A stretch of DNA of 63,968 bases, counting the filler, from Psammoneis japonica (taxonomy: Eukaryota), in assembly GCA_008632985.1 (NCBI GenBank). It is 4 parts of 4 records of this genome, joined end to end, with 100 filler letters (N's around TTAATTAATTAA, not from the genome) between each part and the next. Parts side by side here need not be neighbours in the genome. Positions count along the whole stretch, not along the records: positions 1 to 18,599 come from QPGO01000466.1; 3 more parts are not named here. The stretch is one strand, 5' to 3'. Within the stretch, counting starts at the first letter, position 1, and every line of letters begins with the position of its first letter. The notes under the pieces are model-generated. The model saw only the letters and a list, made by a program, of their open reading frames with translations. It was not told the origin of the DNA and ran no database searches. The translations under genes and the position numbers were made by a program. Below, piece by piece: positions 1-12,370 of the stretch.

Positions 1-312
1 AGGTTTCAACAACTGGCATCTCGTCGTGAAATGAGCGTGAGCGCTGCTGGTGCTCGTGGTGGCGGTCCGCGTGGGGTTGCGGATTTGTAAGGTTGGATAG
101 AGTAGTACGGGATATTTTCGTTTTTTTTTTTCAGTGATGCCATTCCACCCTTTCCGCCCTTACGTGGCGATGGGGTGGGCCTTCCCATTGCCTGCTACTT
201 GCTTATACTGTATTTCATGGAGCTTCATGCTCCAACTAAAAAATATTTGCCATAGGGACTTCGAATTGCATGTGATGCTAAATCTGGTAAAAACAACTAG
301 CAGTTTCACCCC

Positions 313-2510
313 TTGTGGGGGTCCAACCAACTGTGTTCCAGTAAAGCAGTTGCAGCTGAACTGTATGAAGAGCTCGCACATCTTATGGCACTTATGGGTT
401 CAGTTGACAATGGTGCACTTCTCGACGAAAATGCATGGAACGAATCCAGTCCACTCGCTTTTGAAGCAGTGGCACTGGGTAACGTCGATACTCTGACCCA
501 AATCCAGATGAAAAGAGCGCCAGATCATGCCGAATTTGAAAAAGCCCAAGTTCCAGAGATGCAAGGGCCAGTGGATGTGGACGTGTGGGAATGCATGCCA
601 CGTTCTGAAGTGCCAAAAGATCACCGGTTGTTAAATGCAATCTGGTCGTGCAAAAGAAAAAGGAAACCAAGTGGTGAGCTTTCAAAATACAAAGCAAGAA
701 CATGCATTGACGGTTCCAAACAAAACATGGAACAGACTGTTGGGACACACTCGGCCCAGTCATCACTTGGAGTGCGGTGTGACTGACATTGTGTCTGGCG
801 GCAATCACCGGTCTGAAAAGCAGACAAGTGGATTGTGTGCAAGCATTTCCTGGAAGAACCTGCACATGTGAGACTCGCAGAAGGGTGGGAAGTGAAAGAG
901 ACAAAAATGGAAACATCATGCCAGACATGGCATGCAAACTGAAAAAGAACTTGTGCGGAACAAAAACTGCTGCATGAAACTGGCTCCAGAAACTTTCAAA
1001 AGGATTGGAACAACACAGTTTCAAGAAATCAAAAATGGACCCATGTCTGTTCATCAGAAATGACTGCATCATCTGCCTGTGCACAGATGATTGTTCAGCA
1101 TTCACTCCAACAAACAACATCATGCTGCACTTGTGCAAGAACTCAAGCAAGACGAGTTTCAACTTGCCAACGAAGGTGATGCACCCACTTCCAACACTGC
1201 TGACGGTGAGATTCACATGACCCAGACAGGTCTTGTTGATTCTACGACATTGAAAGACCTTGGTCTGAGGTCCAACAGCAATGAACCATTGCAGAACAGG
1301 CCACAAACAAAGGCTGCAGTGCTCTGGCAGTGCAAACACTGCATCCTGACACTGACGGTCAGGAGCATCAAGAACCGTGGAACTGCAGGTCTGTCATCAG
1401 AAAGATGAGTTCTCTGGCACAAATGACTCCACCAGACATTGCAGTTGCAGTGATCAAAAATGGACCCATGTCTGTTCATCAGAATGACTGCATCATCTGC
1501 CTGTGCACAGATGATTGTTCAGCATTCACTCCAACAAACAACATCATCGCTGCACTTGTGCAAGAACTCAAGCAAGACGAGTTTCAACTTGCCAACGAAG
1601 GTGATGCACCCACTTCCAACACTGCTGACGGTGAGATTCACATGACCCAGACAGGTCTTGTTGATTCTACGACATTGAAAGACCTTGGTCTGAGGTCCAA
1701 CAGCAATGAACCATTGCAGAACAGGCCACAAACAAAGGCTGCAGTGCTCTGGCAGCACAAACGCTGCATCCTGACACTGACGGTCAGGAGCATCAAGAAC
1801 CGTGGAACTGCAGGTCTGTCATCAGAAAGATGAGTTCTCTGGCACAAATGACTCCACCAGACATTGCAGTTGCAGTGTTGCACATGTGTGCACAAGATTT
1901 TCTAATTGCCCAAAGGCATTGCACGAATGTGCAGTCAAGCACATTGGATGTCATCTGTTGGGGCAACTTCAACAGACGTAATTGAGCTCCAGCCAAAAGG
2001 GAAATTCTCCATGGATGCATGTGCAGATGGTGACTTCATGGGAATGTGGCACAGAAATTTTGCCCATCTCCATGAATTGCACCTGTCATGATCAGGACAC
2101 ATTGTCACATTTGCAGGCTGTCCAATCCATTGGAAGAGCAAATTACAAACCAAAACAGCTCTCTCCTCAACCAAGGCTGAGCTTGTTGCACTGTCACAGT
2201 GCCTGCAAGAGCCACTGCCAATGAGTTTTGCACTGGAAGAGTTGTCCAAAACCATGGATTTTGAACTGGCAGATTCACACATTGAGCCTGGTTCTCTGGA
2301 AACTCGCGTGCTTTCACACAAGCATCCACCATCCACAGCACATGAAAACAATGCAGGATGCATTGCACCAGCCACCTCTGATGAGCAGCACAGAGCTGGA
2401 ACCAAGCACACAAGCATCAAATGGATGCACTTTTGGGATCACATGAAATGTGGTTCTGTGAAGGCAGCAAAAGTTGACACAAACTGCAACTGGGCAGACT
2501 TGTGTGCAAA
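313..2510 (+). pseudogene. Degenerate Ty1/copia reverse transcriptase-RNase H remnant
   Basis: Frameshifted fragments carry copia motifs: AIWSCKRKRKPSGELSKYKARTCIDG, VDCVQAF, KLKKNLCGTK, DPCLF...CLCTDD (YxDD site), DACADGDF, WKSKLQT...SSTKAELVALS, HENNAGCI, TKHTSIK...NWADL. No LTR found. Confidence 0.85.
1029..1877 (+). repeat. Near-identical tandem duplication, two units of ~424 bp, inside the copia RT remnant
   Basis: ATCAAAAATGGACCCATGTCTGTTCATCAG starts at ~1029 and again at ~1453. Both units end in CCACCAGACATTGCAGTTGCAGTG. Confidence 0.9.
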
Positions 2511-3572
2511 CAGAACTTTCATTTCACTCATCCTCAAAGCACGAGGGAGAGACACACTCTGGACACTTTCCAGGAATGGTCTGGAGGCTTTGCACAGACA
2601 TTGCTCCATTGGCTTGGCTCCATTGGCAGCACTGGTTGGCAGAGCTCTCATTGATGCGAGGGAGTGTCTGGTCAGACAGAGCACAGGACAGATGGACAGA
2701 TGGGCGATTTGAGCTGGAAGGGAGAAGGACAGATGCCGCAGCCACCCATGGCCTTGAACGGACCAAGTGCCAATGCCATCGCCTCAGGGATGGATGCCTC
2801 AGCTGCAGCAGTGACCCAATCTCAGCTCCACGCGTTTGCGACAAAATCCTTCACGTCACAAAGACGTTCACCCAGTTGGGGTCCCCGGCCCACATTCAAT
2901 GTCACGTTGTGGCAGCATGGACCCTTGCCTGTCTTGCTCGTGCAGTGCACACAAAAAGGATGACCCACCACTGCCCAATTGAGTCAAACCTCTCCCCACT
3001 CAAATTGTGCACTGCGCACAAACCACAAACGCTGGCAAACACCGCGCCCAACAATCTTGATGATGCTGCAATTGACGTGTGTGTTGGATTGGACTCTTTT
3101 GCTTCTTGCAGCCAGGGAAACACTGCAAAACCAAAGACAACAACCCCCTTGTCCTTGCTGATGTTAAACTGCTCTTGGTTTCCAACCCCTTGATCACATG
3201 TCGTGCAACTTGGACTGCCCCCGCATGCCCACGCACAGCAGCATCACCTTTGACACACAGAAAAATCGGGAACGCGGCAAAGTCATTGGCCGTGGACGCA
3301 GCTCCCACTCCAAAGCCTGTCCAGTTTTTGCCCTTGCATGCCGGGTTGTCTGCCTCCAATTGCATGGTGCAGGACCGCGTGTGCCACTGTGCGCCGTGCG
3401 TGTGGGCAATCGGTGGACAGGGTCTGCGGGAAATCGCGGATTGAGGCGAAAAACGCACACAAATCTTGCAGAAATGTGACGAATGCGGGTCCGGTCTTGC
3501 TCATCTTATGGACGCCTGCCAGGCAGGCCCAAGCCATCGAAGCCAATTGCATCCACAACATCAGGCTAGAGA

Positions 3573-4923
3573 TTACAAACTGTGCCATTTAGAAAAACAG
3601 AACAATGCCTGCAAGTGATCATCATCATCTTTGAGGTTGCCCTTGCTGTCCGAATCGGAATCCATGTCATCACAGCCGCTGACGTGCTCTCCCGCCGCCG
3701 CTGCACGTCCGCACTGTGCCTCACGACTGTGCCTCGCTTCCTTCTTGGCAATTGCAGCATCTAGAGAGGACTGACCAAGAAACTTGATCCTTTCAACTGC
3801 CTCACCCTCTTCTAGTGGCTTCTCCACCGCCACCAGCTCCATCGAAAGGAGCATGTGACCTTGCGCCTGCTCCACAAGTTCTTCGTTGTCATGAACAAAC
3901 ACTTCAAGCTTCCAACCGGCCTCACTGCTTGTAGAATAAAAATCACTCTCACAGGGGAAGGGAAGGCGAATAGTGTGGGGGCGGTAGAGAACCATGCGGC
4001 GTTTGCCATTGCCAACGGTCTCTTCAACGCCTTGAGACTTGAGCAGCACCTGTCCGGCTTGCTCGATTCCGCTTTCCTTCAGGACTTGGTCTTCTGTAGA
4101 GAGCCTAGAAGTGAGAACAGATTCGCGCACACGATCCTTCTTAAACATCCAAGAAGGGATGCGCTCATTGACAATCACCTTGGTGCCGCAATCAGACACC
4201 TTCGGGTGCCAGTGTGACGTGGCGAAAGGCGGAACAAGGACATCCACGGTCACGTGCATGCACTTGTCGGACGCCGCCCACGGAGACGCTAAGAAAAAGT
4301 AGCCACACTCACAAGTCATCGCTCCCTTCTTCACAAAGGCGTCTGCCTTCTTGTTGCTCCCCACCTTCTTCTTGCTAGAAGACGAAATCGCAGCAGATGA
4401 CTTGAACTTTGACGCGAGGTCGTTGTTCACGTCTTGGGACTTCTTGGGGGTGGTCTTTGTCTTGCCCGGCATGCTGGTGCCAAATTCCTCGTCACTTGAG
4501 CATGCGCCTTCGTCTTCTGAGGATTCGTCTTCGGTTTCCTCTTCCTCGCTCGACTCCTCTTGGTCTTTCACTTCTTCCTCGGTGCGTCGCTTGGTGCCCA
4601 TGGCAAGTCGTGCAATCAAAGCAGATGCCGGCAGACGATGGCGTGAGCATGAGAATAACAAAACAAGCAAGAATGGCATTGTTGTGGTGCTTGCCTTGCT
4701 TCCGCCTGCCTGCAAGAAGTTCATCGACTTCCAACTGCTTGCACTTCTTGCGGTGCTGCTGAGCGAAAGTCTGACACTTCGGAAGGTCACTGAAGTGCTT
4801 CTCGCATGCCTTCTTGACGTGTTGCAAGTCAATGAGCTGCGGATCAATCTTGCCAGCTTTGACAAGCTCTGCAAGCCTTTTGTTGTGTTCTTTCGTCCAA
4901 CGAGCAGAGCTGCTGTTGCTCAT
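3573..4923 (-). pseudogene. Harbinger accessory protein with N-terminal Myb/SANT-like motif; probably two exons
   Basis: Exon 1 begins MSNSSSARWTKEHNKRLAELVK (W-T-x-E...L motif) at ATG 4923. Putative intron starts at 4694 (GCAAGCAC) with branch GCTCAC. Exon 2 is the acidic ORF 3573..4874. The acceptor is not canonical, so the exon boundary is uncertain. Confidence 0.6.
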
Positions 4924-5543
4924 GGCGTTCGTCGTGGCTTCCTCCTGTTGTGGGTTGTGGGGCCGTGTTGAGTGTGCCGTGTGAACAGCAAACAGCAGAG
5001 CTGCTTTGGTTTTTCTGAAACGATCAATCAACAAGACCAACACCAACGGACAAATGGCGCGATCTCCAGCATGTCTCTACAATGAACTCGTGAAAACGAC
5101 ATTTTTATCACACATTTTTGGGCCCCCAATTACACGGGCCATTTGGTTGCGTCACAGCTTTTCGACAAAAAACTTTGATGGCGCAACTTTGGCTTTGCAT
5201 GTAACCCGGATGTTACGTAGAATCACTGCTGGCAGCTACGTCACACAAAGACCCGGATGTAAAGCTTTGGTCACAGTTTTTCGCTGTACATCCGGGTTCT
5301 CTAAGCTCGTGTAGAAAGTGTGCTGAGAATCCTGCAGGATTGAAGAAACCCGGATGTGCAGCGAAATGTCTGTGGCCACAACTTTCCGTTGAGCCAAAGT
5401 TTTGTCACACTTTCTAAAAATGTGTGGTGTGTGGAAAACGCACGAGCTCGCCTAAAAAAAAATGCGTCTTTTCTGCGCAAGAGCTACAAAAACATCCAAC
5501 TGCATCACGTCATGTGCCCAGCCAAACGAGAGATCTACGCATC

Positions 5544-6699
5544 ATGGAGGTGGGCATCCCACGCATGCACCGCACAGCAGCACCACTGCGGTCCATGCTG
5601 GAAGACATCCCAGTCCCACCAATCGTTGAGATTTTGTTGTTGCGCTTCACGCTTCACGCTGAGACAACATTGTTTTGCTCCGGCCCGCCACTCGCCATGG
5701 CCGCTTTTCAACCAGATAAAAAGAGGATGCGCTGGCTTGCCCTCGGACTGCAGGACCTCATGAATTTGGGGCATGGAATGATGAACAGAGGCAACAAGAA
5801 GTTTGGCACCACAATGACCGAGGACAGGCATTTTCGTGAGTTTTTTGGTTGCGGCCCAATCGTGGCTCTCGCGCTGTGGAACCTCCTCGTCTGCCACGAC
5901 GTGCTGCCCCACAGAGCAAATGCCTGCCACATGCTGTGGGCACTTAATTTTTTGAAATCTGATGACAAGGAAACTGACCTTGCTGGCAAAGCTGGGGGAG
6001 TCGATGAAAAAACTTTCCGAATGTGGAAGTGGCCAATGACTGGGGCTGTTGCATCACTCGAGCCACACTTGGCAAGCACCCAATTGCGACAACATTTCCA
6101 CATGTTTCAAAAAATTGATTCTCACCCGCATTGTTTGTGTTGTTGTTTGTTCTGCCCAGACAATTTGGGAGAATCGCCGCACTGGTGACGTCGGAAACGA
6201 TTGTCCAGTTGCTGTGGACGGAACAGACTTTCGTGTCCCGAATCATGGCAGGAAGTTTTACTCTCATAAATTCAACAACTGCGGACTTCGTTACGAAGTG
6301 GCAGTGTGCATTTTGACCGGTCACATTGTGTGGATTAATGGGCCCTTTGCGCCCGGCGTGTACAACGACTTGGACATTTTTTGATCGGCATTGAAGACGG
6401 AACTGGACAAGGGGGAATGCGCAGAGGCTGACGATGGGCATGTGGGTGAGTCCCCCATCTGTGTCAAGTGCCCCAGCAGTTTTGCAAACCCGAAGGAGAT
6501 GGAAGAAATGCAGAGGCGTGCTCTTAATCGACAGGAGACGTGCAACGAACGCTTCAAAAATTGGACAATTCTGGAGAAAAGGTTTCGCCACAAACCGCTG
6601 TCGAAGCATGCCGATGCATTTCGGGCTGTGGCTGTCATGACACAGCTTGCGATTCAAAATGGTGAACCGCTTTTTAATGCAGATTACAAGGATCTGTAA
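5544..6699 (+). pseudogene. Harbinger-type DDE transposase, two exons, one premature stop
   Basis: Exon 1 is 5544-6071 (FREFFG, MLWALNFLK, VDEKTFRMW). An 88-bp intron spans 6072-6159. Exon 2 has VDGTDF, YSHKF..GLRYEV, EADDGH and RQETCNERFK. In-frame TGA at 6382-6384 is probably from CGA. Confidence 0.85.
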
Positions 6700-7468
6700 T
6701 TGGACAGGACAGTTTTCTTTAGAAACACTGTTTTTCTTTATTCTGGCCCTGCGAACAGACAGTGAACCAAAGTTGGTGCCATCCATGGCAAATTGGCATC
6801 CACCAGTTGAAGGTGTCAAGCCTGGCACAGCACCAATGCTCGGCGACGGCGCAGGGACTCGACGGCTTTCACGACATGCCGCAGTTTCCGATTCTGAGAA
6901 CATGATGGTGCGCAAGGCAACCTCAAAAGCAACAATGAGTATTTCTATAAAGGCCTGGGCACTGTTCTCTTTTTGTAAAACAGCACAGTTCGTAATCTCT
7001 AGGCTGAAATCGCACCGGTGCTGCTGCTAGATGCAATGTGTTATCACACTACTTCTAACATTTCTGCTATAGATTTTTTGCGTTTTTCGCCTCAATCCGC
7101 GATTTCCCGCAGACCCACACACACAACAAGCAAATCGATCACCACAACCTTGCAAGTCTCCGCCGCTGCCCTCCCACACCTTGGCTTCCTCCCCGCCCAA
7201 AGATGTACCTCTGACGTGGCATAGGGCCCTATTTATCTACATACCGTCAAATCCGTGATACGGTTCGAATACTGTACGCTGATCGCTGATCGTGCCGACC
7301 AAAGACCAAACAAACAGCGACATTCGTTTAGTGTTGTTTCCTATCCCTTGTTGGACTCATTACAATCCTCCGCTACTGCTCTAGAGAGGAGTAGCGAGCA
7401 GAGTAGTGAACACTGTCTTTGAGAGCGCTGCGGCAGCGCAGTGTGATATAGCAACAAACAGGAAGAAA

Positions 7469-9988
7469 ATGACGACTCATCGCTCCAAAACAAAGACCTC
7501 GACGAGAAAGCCACGCCCAGACGACGGCGAAGTTCAACCATCCACAAGTAGTGTCAACAAGAAGAAAAAGCCTCACTCTGGACATCGCCGTGAGCAAGAG
7601 CAACAACAACACGAACAACAAGTAGATGGATTTGCGGCTTCCAGCAGCAACCAAAACCATGGGACAAGTACTCAAACCAAAAAGGGCAAGCGACAGAAGG
7701 CGGCTAATGTGGCTTCTGTGAATAGCATCTCGTCGTCGCCAGGTGATGCGATTGATGTCAATGCCGCACGCACTGAAAGTGGCGTCGAGTCCCCACCTGC
7801 ATTTGTCTTGCCTGGTGCATTTGCCGTGAGCCCTGGAGGTCAACCTGCCGTGAGACCAGTAGGACCCGCCATTAGACACGACAGTGTCACCACTGTGACG
7901 ACCTCGGATCATCCCGTCGCTCTTCCGACTAACAGTGAAAGCCTCGGTCGTGATGGTGATGACAACGACAGCACTGTGCTAGTCCAGGCTCAACTCGCTC
8001 AAGACGATGATGAGAGAATGGCACGGCTGTATGAAGAAAACATGCGCTTTCGTCAACTTCCGGTGGCCCAAGCAGAGCAGGTTGAAGACAAGAACGTCAC
8101 TCCAGCAGAACATGACGACCAACATATGGCGGCGAAGCGTCGTCGTCGCAATCGCTTCATTCTCTTGGGGATTGCATTATTGCTGGTTGTTGCCGCCGTG
8201 GTTGTAGGAGTGGTTGTTGGAGTATCGTCCGGCAGCAGCAACAGCAGCAGCAACAACAGCAACAGCGGCGGCAGCGGTGAACCAATCGAGGTGGCAACGA
8301 ATGCCACTGCAGTTATCATGACCTTGATTGGCCCAGATCAAGATTTCAACGTATCAGACTCTGAATTATGGACCACCGCTACCAAGGATTACGTGCAAGA
8401 CTACTTTTCCAATCGTCAGCGTCGTCGATCGCTGTCGTTTCGTCGAACGCTACGAACTACCAACGTGCAAAACCTCGAAACCAACATTGAAGTGACAGGC
8501 ACAAATGTGGTTCTACTACAAGCTGACAACAACGAGACAGATGCAGCAACAGCGCTACAAGTCCTTTACAATCAAGCATTTACGTATACCGTCGAGAACG
8601 GCGATGAAAACAGCATCTCCATTGAAGATTTAGTGACCGAGCCGTTCCGAACGTCTTTGCAGAGAGAAGACTACACACAAAACTTGAAGGATGTGGCGGC
8701 AAAAAGCCAAGTAATTGGAACTTTGGTTGCCACGAGTGCCGTGACTATCATGGCTCCAAATCCATGGCAGCCCATTGGGCAAGTACTGCATGGCAGCGAT
8801 GAAAGTGACACGTTTGGCAACTTTGTCTCTTTGTCTCGCGACGGCAACATTATGGCCGTGGGTGCACCACAACGATACAATAGCGACGGCCCTGGCTTCG
8901 TTATCGTGTTTCGACTCGAACAATCCAACAATGACAAGGACGAATGGACTCGTATAGGCCAAGAGTTGGTTGGGCAGTTGAACGGTGACTGGTTCGGCGG
9001 TATCTTGTCGTTGAATGGTGACGGCACCATTTTAGCTGTTGGTGCAAATCAGGTTGATGACGAAAATGCTGTTGGATACGTTCGAGTGTTTGAATACAAT
9101 GAAGTCTTGAATCGTTGGATGCAGCTTGGTGGTGACATTGTTGGAGAAGCTTTTGGTGACCAGTTTGGGTTTTCCGTGTCTCTCTCGGGAACGGGGGACA
9201 CTGTCGCTGTTGGAGCTGTAGACGATAACACTGAAAGCGGCGATTATTCTGGATCGGTTCGTTTGTTTCGGTACAATCGCAGCACGACGTCATGGGAGCA
9301 GCTTGGACAGACGTTGATTGGACAAGCTGAATATAATTACTTTGGTGTGTCAGTTTCCTTGAGCCTAGCAGGGACTATCGTTGGAGTTGGGGCAGATGGG
9401 AATGATGAGGGAGGAAACGATGCTGGCCAAGTCATGGTTTTTGAATACGACTCTGCATCGTCAAGGTGGGTCCCACTAGGCGACCCAATCAATGGCGCAA
9501 TCGAAGGTGGTTGGTTTGGATGGTCTGTCTCTCTCGAAGACAGTGGTTTGATCTTGGCGGTAGGTGCACCACGAGATTTCGAAGAATTCGACCCCGAGAA
9601 GAAGGGCAGAGTTTCCGTGTATGCATATGACCGTCCGAAGTCGGAATGGGCACGTCGTGGCCAAACTCTCGAAACACAACAGCCTGGTGATCTGTTTGGT
9701 TATTCGGTGTCGTTGAGCGCCGATGGGAGTGTCATGGCTGTCGGAATTGTGAACCATAACAGCAACGGAGTAACAAACACCGGTCAAGTTGCAATCTTTC
9801 AATACGACAGTATTTCTATGGGATGGGTCCCGGTGGGTGACCCCCTAAATGGCGAAGCTGCACAAGATTTTTTCGGCCATTCCGTGTCCTTGTCAGCAGA
9901 CGGCACCGTAGTTGGAGTTGGCGCTTACGGACGTAATGTCAATGGCGATTCATCGGGTTCCGTCTATGTGTTTTCTCTTCATGATTAG
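7469..9988 (+). CDS. Intact host gene: type II membrane protein (~839 aa) with disordered N-terminus, one TM helix and seven FG-GAP/integrin-alpha-like beta-propeller repeats
   Basis: Uninterrupted ORF. KRRRRNR precedes the hydrophobic FILLGIALLLVVAAVVVGVVVGV. Seven repeats of W..LG..L.G....FG.SVSLS.DG...AVGA. A basic RRRSL/RRTLR site. Normal Tyr and TpA content. Confidence 0.9.
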   Translation: MTTHRSKTKTSTRKPRPDDGEVQPSTSSVNKKKKPHSGHRREQEQQQHEQQVDGFAASSSNQNHGTSTQTKKGKRQKAANVASVNSISSSPGDAIDVNAARTESGVESPPAFVLPGAFAVSPGGQPAVRPVGPAIRHDSVTTVTTSDHPVALPTNSESLGRDGDDNDSTVLVQAQLAQDDDERMARLYEENMRFRQLPVAQAEQVEDKNVTPAEHDDQHMAAKRRRRNRFILLGIALLLVVAAVVVGVVVGVSSGSSNSSSNNSNSGGSGEPIEVATNATAVIMTLIGPDQDFNVSDSELWTTATKDYVQDYFSNRQRRRSLSFRRTLRTTNVQNLETNIEVTGTNVVLLQADNNETDAATALQVLYNQAFTYTVENGDENSISIEDLVTEPFRTSLQREDYTQNLKDVAAKSQVIGTLVATSAVTIMAPNPWQPIGQVLHGSDESDTFGNFVSLSRDGNIMAVGAPQRYNSDGPGFVIVFRLEQSNNDKDEWTRIGQELVGQLNGDWFGGILSLNGDGTILAVGANQVDDENAVGYVRVFEYNEVLNRWMQLGGDIVGEAFGDQFGFSVSLSGTGDTVAVGAVDDNTESGDYSGSVRLFRYNRSTTSWEQLGQTLIGQAEYNYFGVSVSLSLAGTIVGVGADGNDEGGNDAGQVMVFEYDSASSRWVPLGDPINGAIEGGWFGWSVSLEDSGLILAVGAPRDFEEFDPEKKGRVSVYAYDRPKSEWARRGQTLETQQPGDLFGYSVSLSADGSVMAVGIVNHNSNGVTNTGQVAIFQYDSISMGWVPVGDPLNGEAAQDFFGHSVSLSADGTVVGVGAYGRNVNGDSSGSVYVFSLHD

Positions 9989-10599
9989 AGTGCCATAAGA
10001 AAGCAAATCTCGGTTGCGCTTCAGTTCTGAATCTCGAAAGGGATGTTCTATGGACTCATAAATTCGGTCATTTGTTGCTGGAGGACGTTAGGTCACCTAG
10101 AGTGCTGTCTCCCGACTCTGAGTCAACGGCCATCTTACTGCAACATGTCCATTTCTATAATGTCTAGTTACACAATTCACATGTCTTCATTCGCAGATCC
10201 CTGTGCCCGTCGCATCGTGCCTTCACCATGAAACTGTCAGCGAACTCAGAGTAGTCGAGTCACGATTCAACGTCATTATTTGATCGCTGCTCATCACGAC
10301 GACCCAGACTCATCGACACTCATTGTTCAAATCGCTTTTTGCAAATCGCAACGACCTTGCCATGCTCTCTAGAAAACAACACTTTGAACAAATACTGTTT
10401 ACCTTTGTGCGCACTTCTATTGCAACCAACCTCAGAGAGCTCTGGAGCTTGTGTGTCAAGCTCTGTGTTGTCTCTCCATTGGCCGTTCTGCCCAGTTTGT
10501 GCACTGGTGTCAAGCTCCTTGCCAAGTTCATCACCGCAGACATTTTCTCTGAAGCAAACCCAGGAAAGCAGATGATTCCACTTTTGCCCTTCCTGTCTT

Positions 10600-12370
10600 C
10601 ACACTTAAGAGACCAAGCCATGCCGAGTTCAAGCTCACTTGAGACTGGTGGCACTGTGGTGCCAGACCCCAAGAAGTTGATGGAAGGCTTGGAGATCACA
10701 CTTAAGTCCACAGAACTGAAGAGTCAGTTGTTGCCAATGGCTCCTCTTCAAGGCAAAGTCCACTGGACTTGTTGCATTTGCATTGACAGATGGCCAGAAG
10801 AAAACCAGCACACGCTGTTTTGCACCACAGCATTGTCACCCTCAGAGGCTCTGGCGCTGACTCAGTCAAGCAATCTCTCTGAGATCAACAAGAGATTTGC
10901 AAATGGGTCAAGCTTTCAGCATTGACAACTTTGAATTTTGTCTCCTGGGCCTGCGACTCCCATGGGAAAGCCACATCCAAGCAATTCAGGGGAGGACAGG
11001 CCTTCATCAACCACATCTCAGAGGGTGTGTTCAGGCTGAGCACCAACTTGACTTTTCATTTGTGGAGACCATGTGCAAGCAAAGCATGCATTTGAAAGGC
11101 ATGCTCCAGACCATGGTGTGGCTGCTCAAAAGTTTCTTGCCAACAGCAGCGTGTTCAAAGACAACTCATTTGTTCAGCATGCCCATGAACGGGCGTGAGC
11201 CACAACATGGGCTTTGTGGTGCTGGCAACACTTGTCATCAGAATGAAGTTCTTGCCAAATGAAGGATTTGACCAATCTTTGACATGAGAAGAGCAGTGCT
11301 CAATCACACACATCACTCTGTTGAAAAGGGAGAGGGGGGGAGGTTGACAGTTCATCATGGCTCACAGCTGTTTCTTTTGCTGCTGAGCACATCTGTGGTG
11401 TCACTTCCAACTCCATCAGACATTGCCAAGCAGACATTTTTGCTGGCTCCAGCCCAGCCCAGTGCCTTGCCAACATTTGAGAAATGCTCACATGTGGAGA
11501 TGTCCAGCTTGTGTTCTCAACCCAGCTCTTCCTTCAGACAAGAAGTCACCTTGGTGACGGCAGCCCCCCAATCAAGCAAAGTTCTGCAAGTCCTCAATTT
11601 TCAAACTGGAGTTGCTGTGCTGCTCAGCATCATGTGATTTTTTACAATCTTTTCACTGCTGCTTCATGGATCCACTTGGTCACTTGAAGCAACTGCATCT
11701 TGAGCAGTTGACCCACACACCACTCAAGAAGGGTCAAACAGTGCATCTGCAAGGTGAGTGGCTTGCTCCTCTAGAGCACCTTCAGAAGGCACAAAAAAAG
11801 AGGCAGCCAGCAGAGAAGTGTGCATTCATCAAAACTTCAAGCTGCAATGTTTGGCGCTGCTTGCAGAGGACCAACAACTCCAAGATGCAATGAGTTGAGT
11901 CACACCTGTGAGGGAAGACAACAATTTCCTGCCCCCCGTGCCCCCTGAAGCACCTCCTGAACCTGCAGCTCTCTCTCTGGTTGAAACACCTCCAAGTGTG
12001 CATTCAAAGGGTCTGCCAAGCAAGGGTCAACTTTGATGTGCCAAATGTGCTGAGTGGAAGAGGACCAGGCCCCATCTGGACAAGGTGTGCAGCCAGCCTG
12101 CCTTTTTGTCACTCAAGTGCTGCCTGTGGTGTTGTGGACCCTGGAGCCTGCACCATGACCAAGCAGAAGAGCAAAAGAACACTGGCACATGCTCTCTTTT
12201 CACAGTGCTGTGAAAGGTTCAGATGCTGAAGAGTGGGCCAAGGCAACAAAGACTGAGGTGAACCGAGTCACCCACCAGAACCATGGGCAGTGGTTGAATG
12301 TGCACACTCCAGAGATGAGTGCACTCCCAGGTGTGCAGGCACTCAAACTCAAGTGCCTGCCAGTTGCCAA
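10600..12370 (+). pseudogene. Heavily degenerate copia pol remnant (protease/integrase to start of RT)
   Basis: Fragments such as LVLNFQTG...HHVIFYNLFT and DAEEWAKATKTEV...LPGVQALKLKCLP resemble the copia integrase C-terminus and RT start. Many stops and frameshifts. Confidence 0.55.

Larger units (their letters stand above)
3420..7116. mobile_element. PIF/Harbinger-superfamily DNA transposon, ~3.7 kb, with two divergent genes
   Basis: 38-bp perfect TIRs (GGGTCTGCGGGAAATCGCGGATTGAGGCGAAAAACGCA) at 3420-3457 and 7079-7116. Further imperfect inverted similarity ~3563-3612 vs ~6955-7005. ACA flanks both ends (putative 3-bp TSD). Encodes a DDE transposase and a Myb/SANT-like ORF. Confidence 0.85.

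Noticed and set aside
1029..1877. Tandem duplication as a functional array or CRISPR-like repeat
   Set aside because: Only two units of decayed RT sequence with no spacers. It is a local duplication or an assembly artefact.
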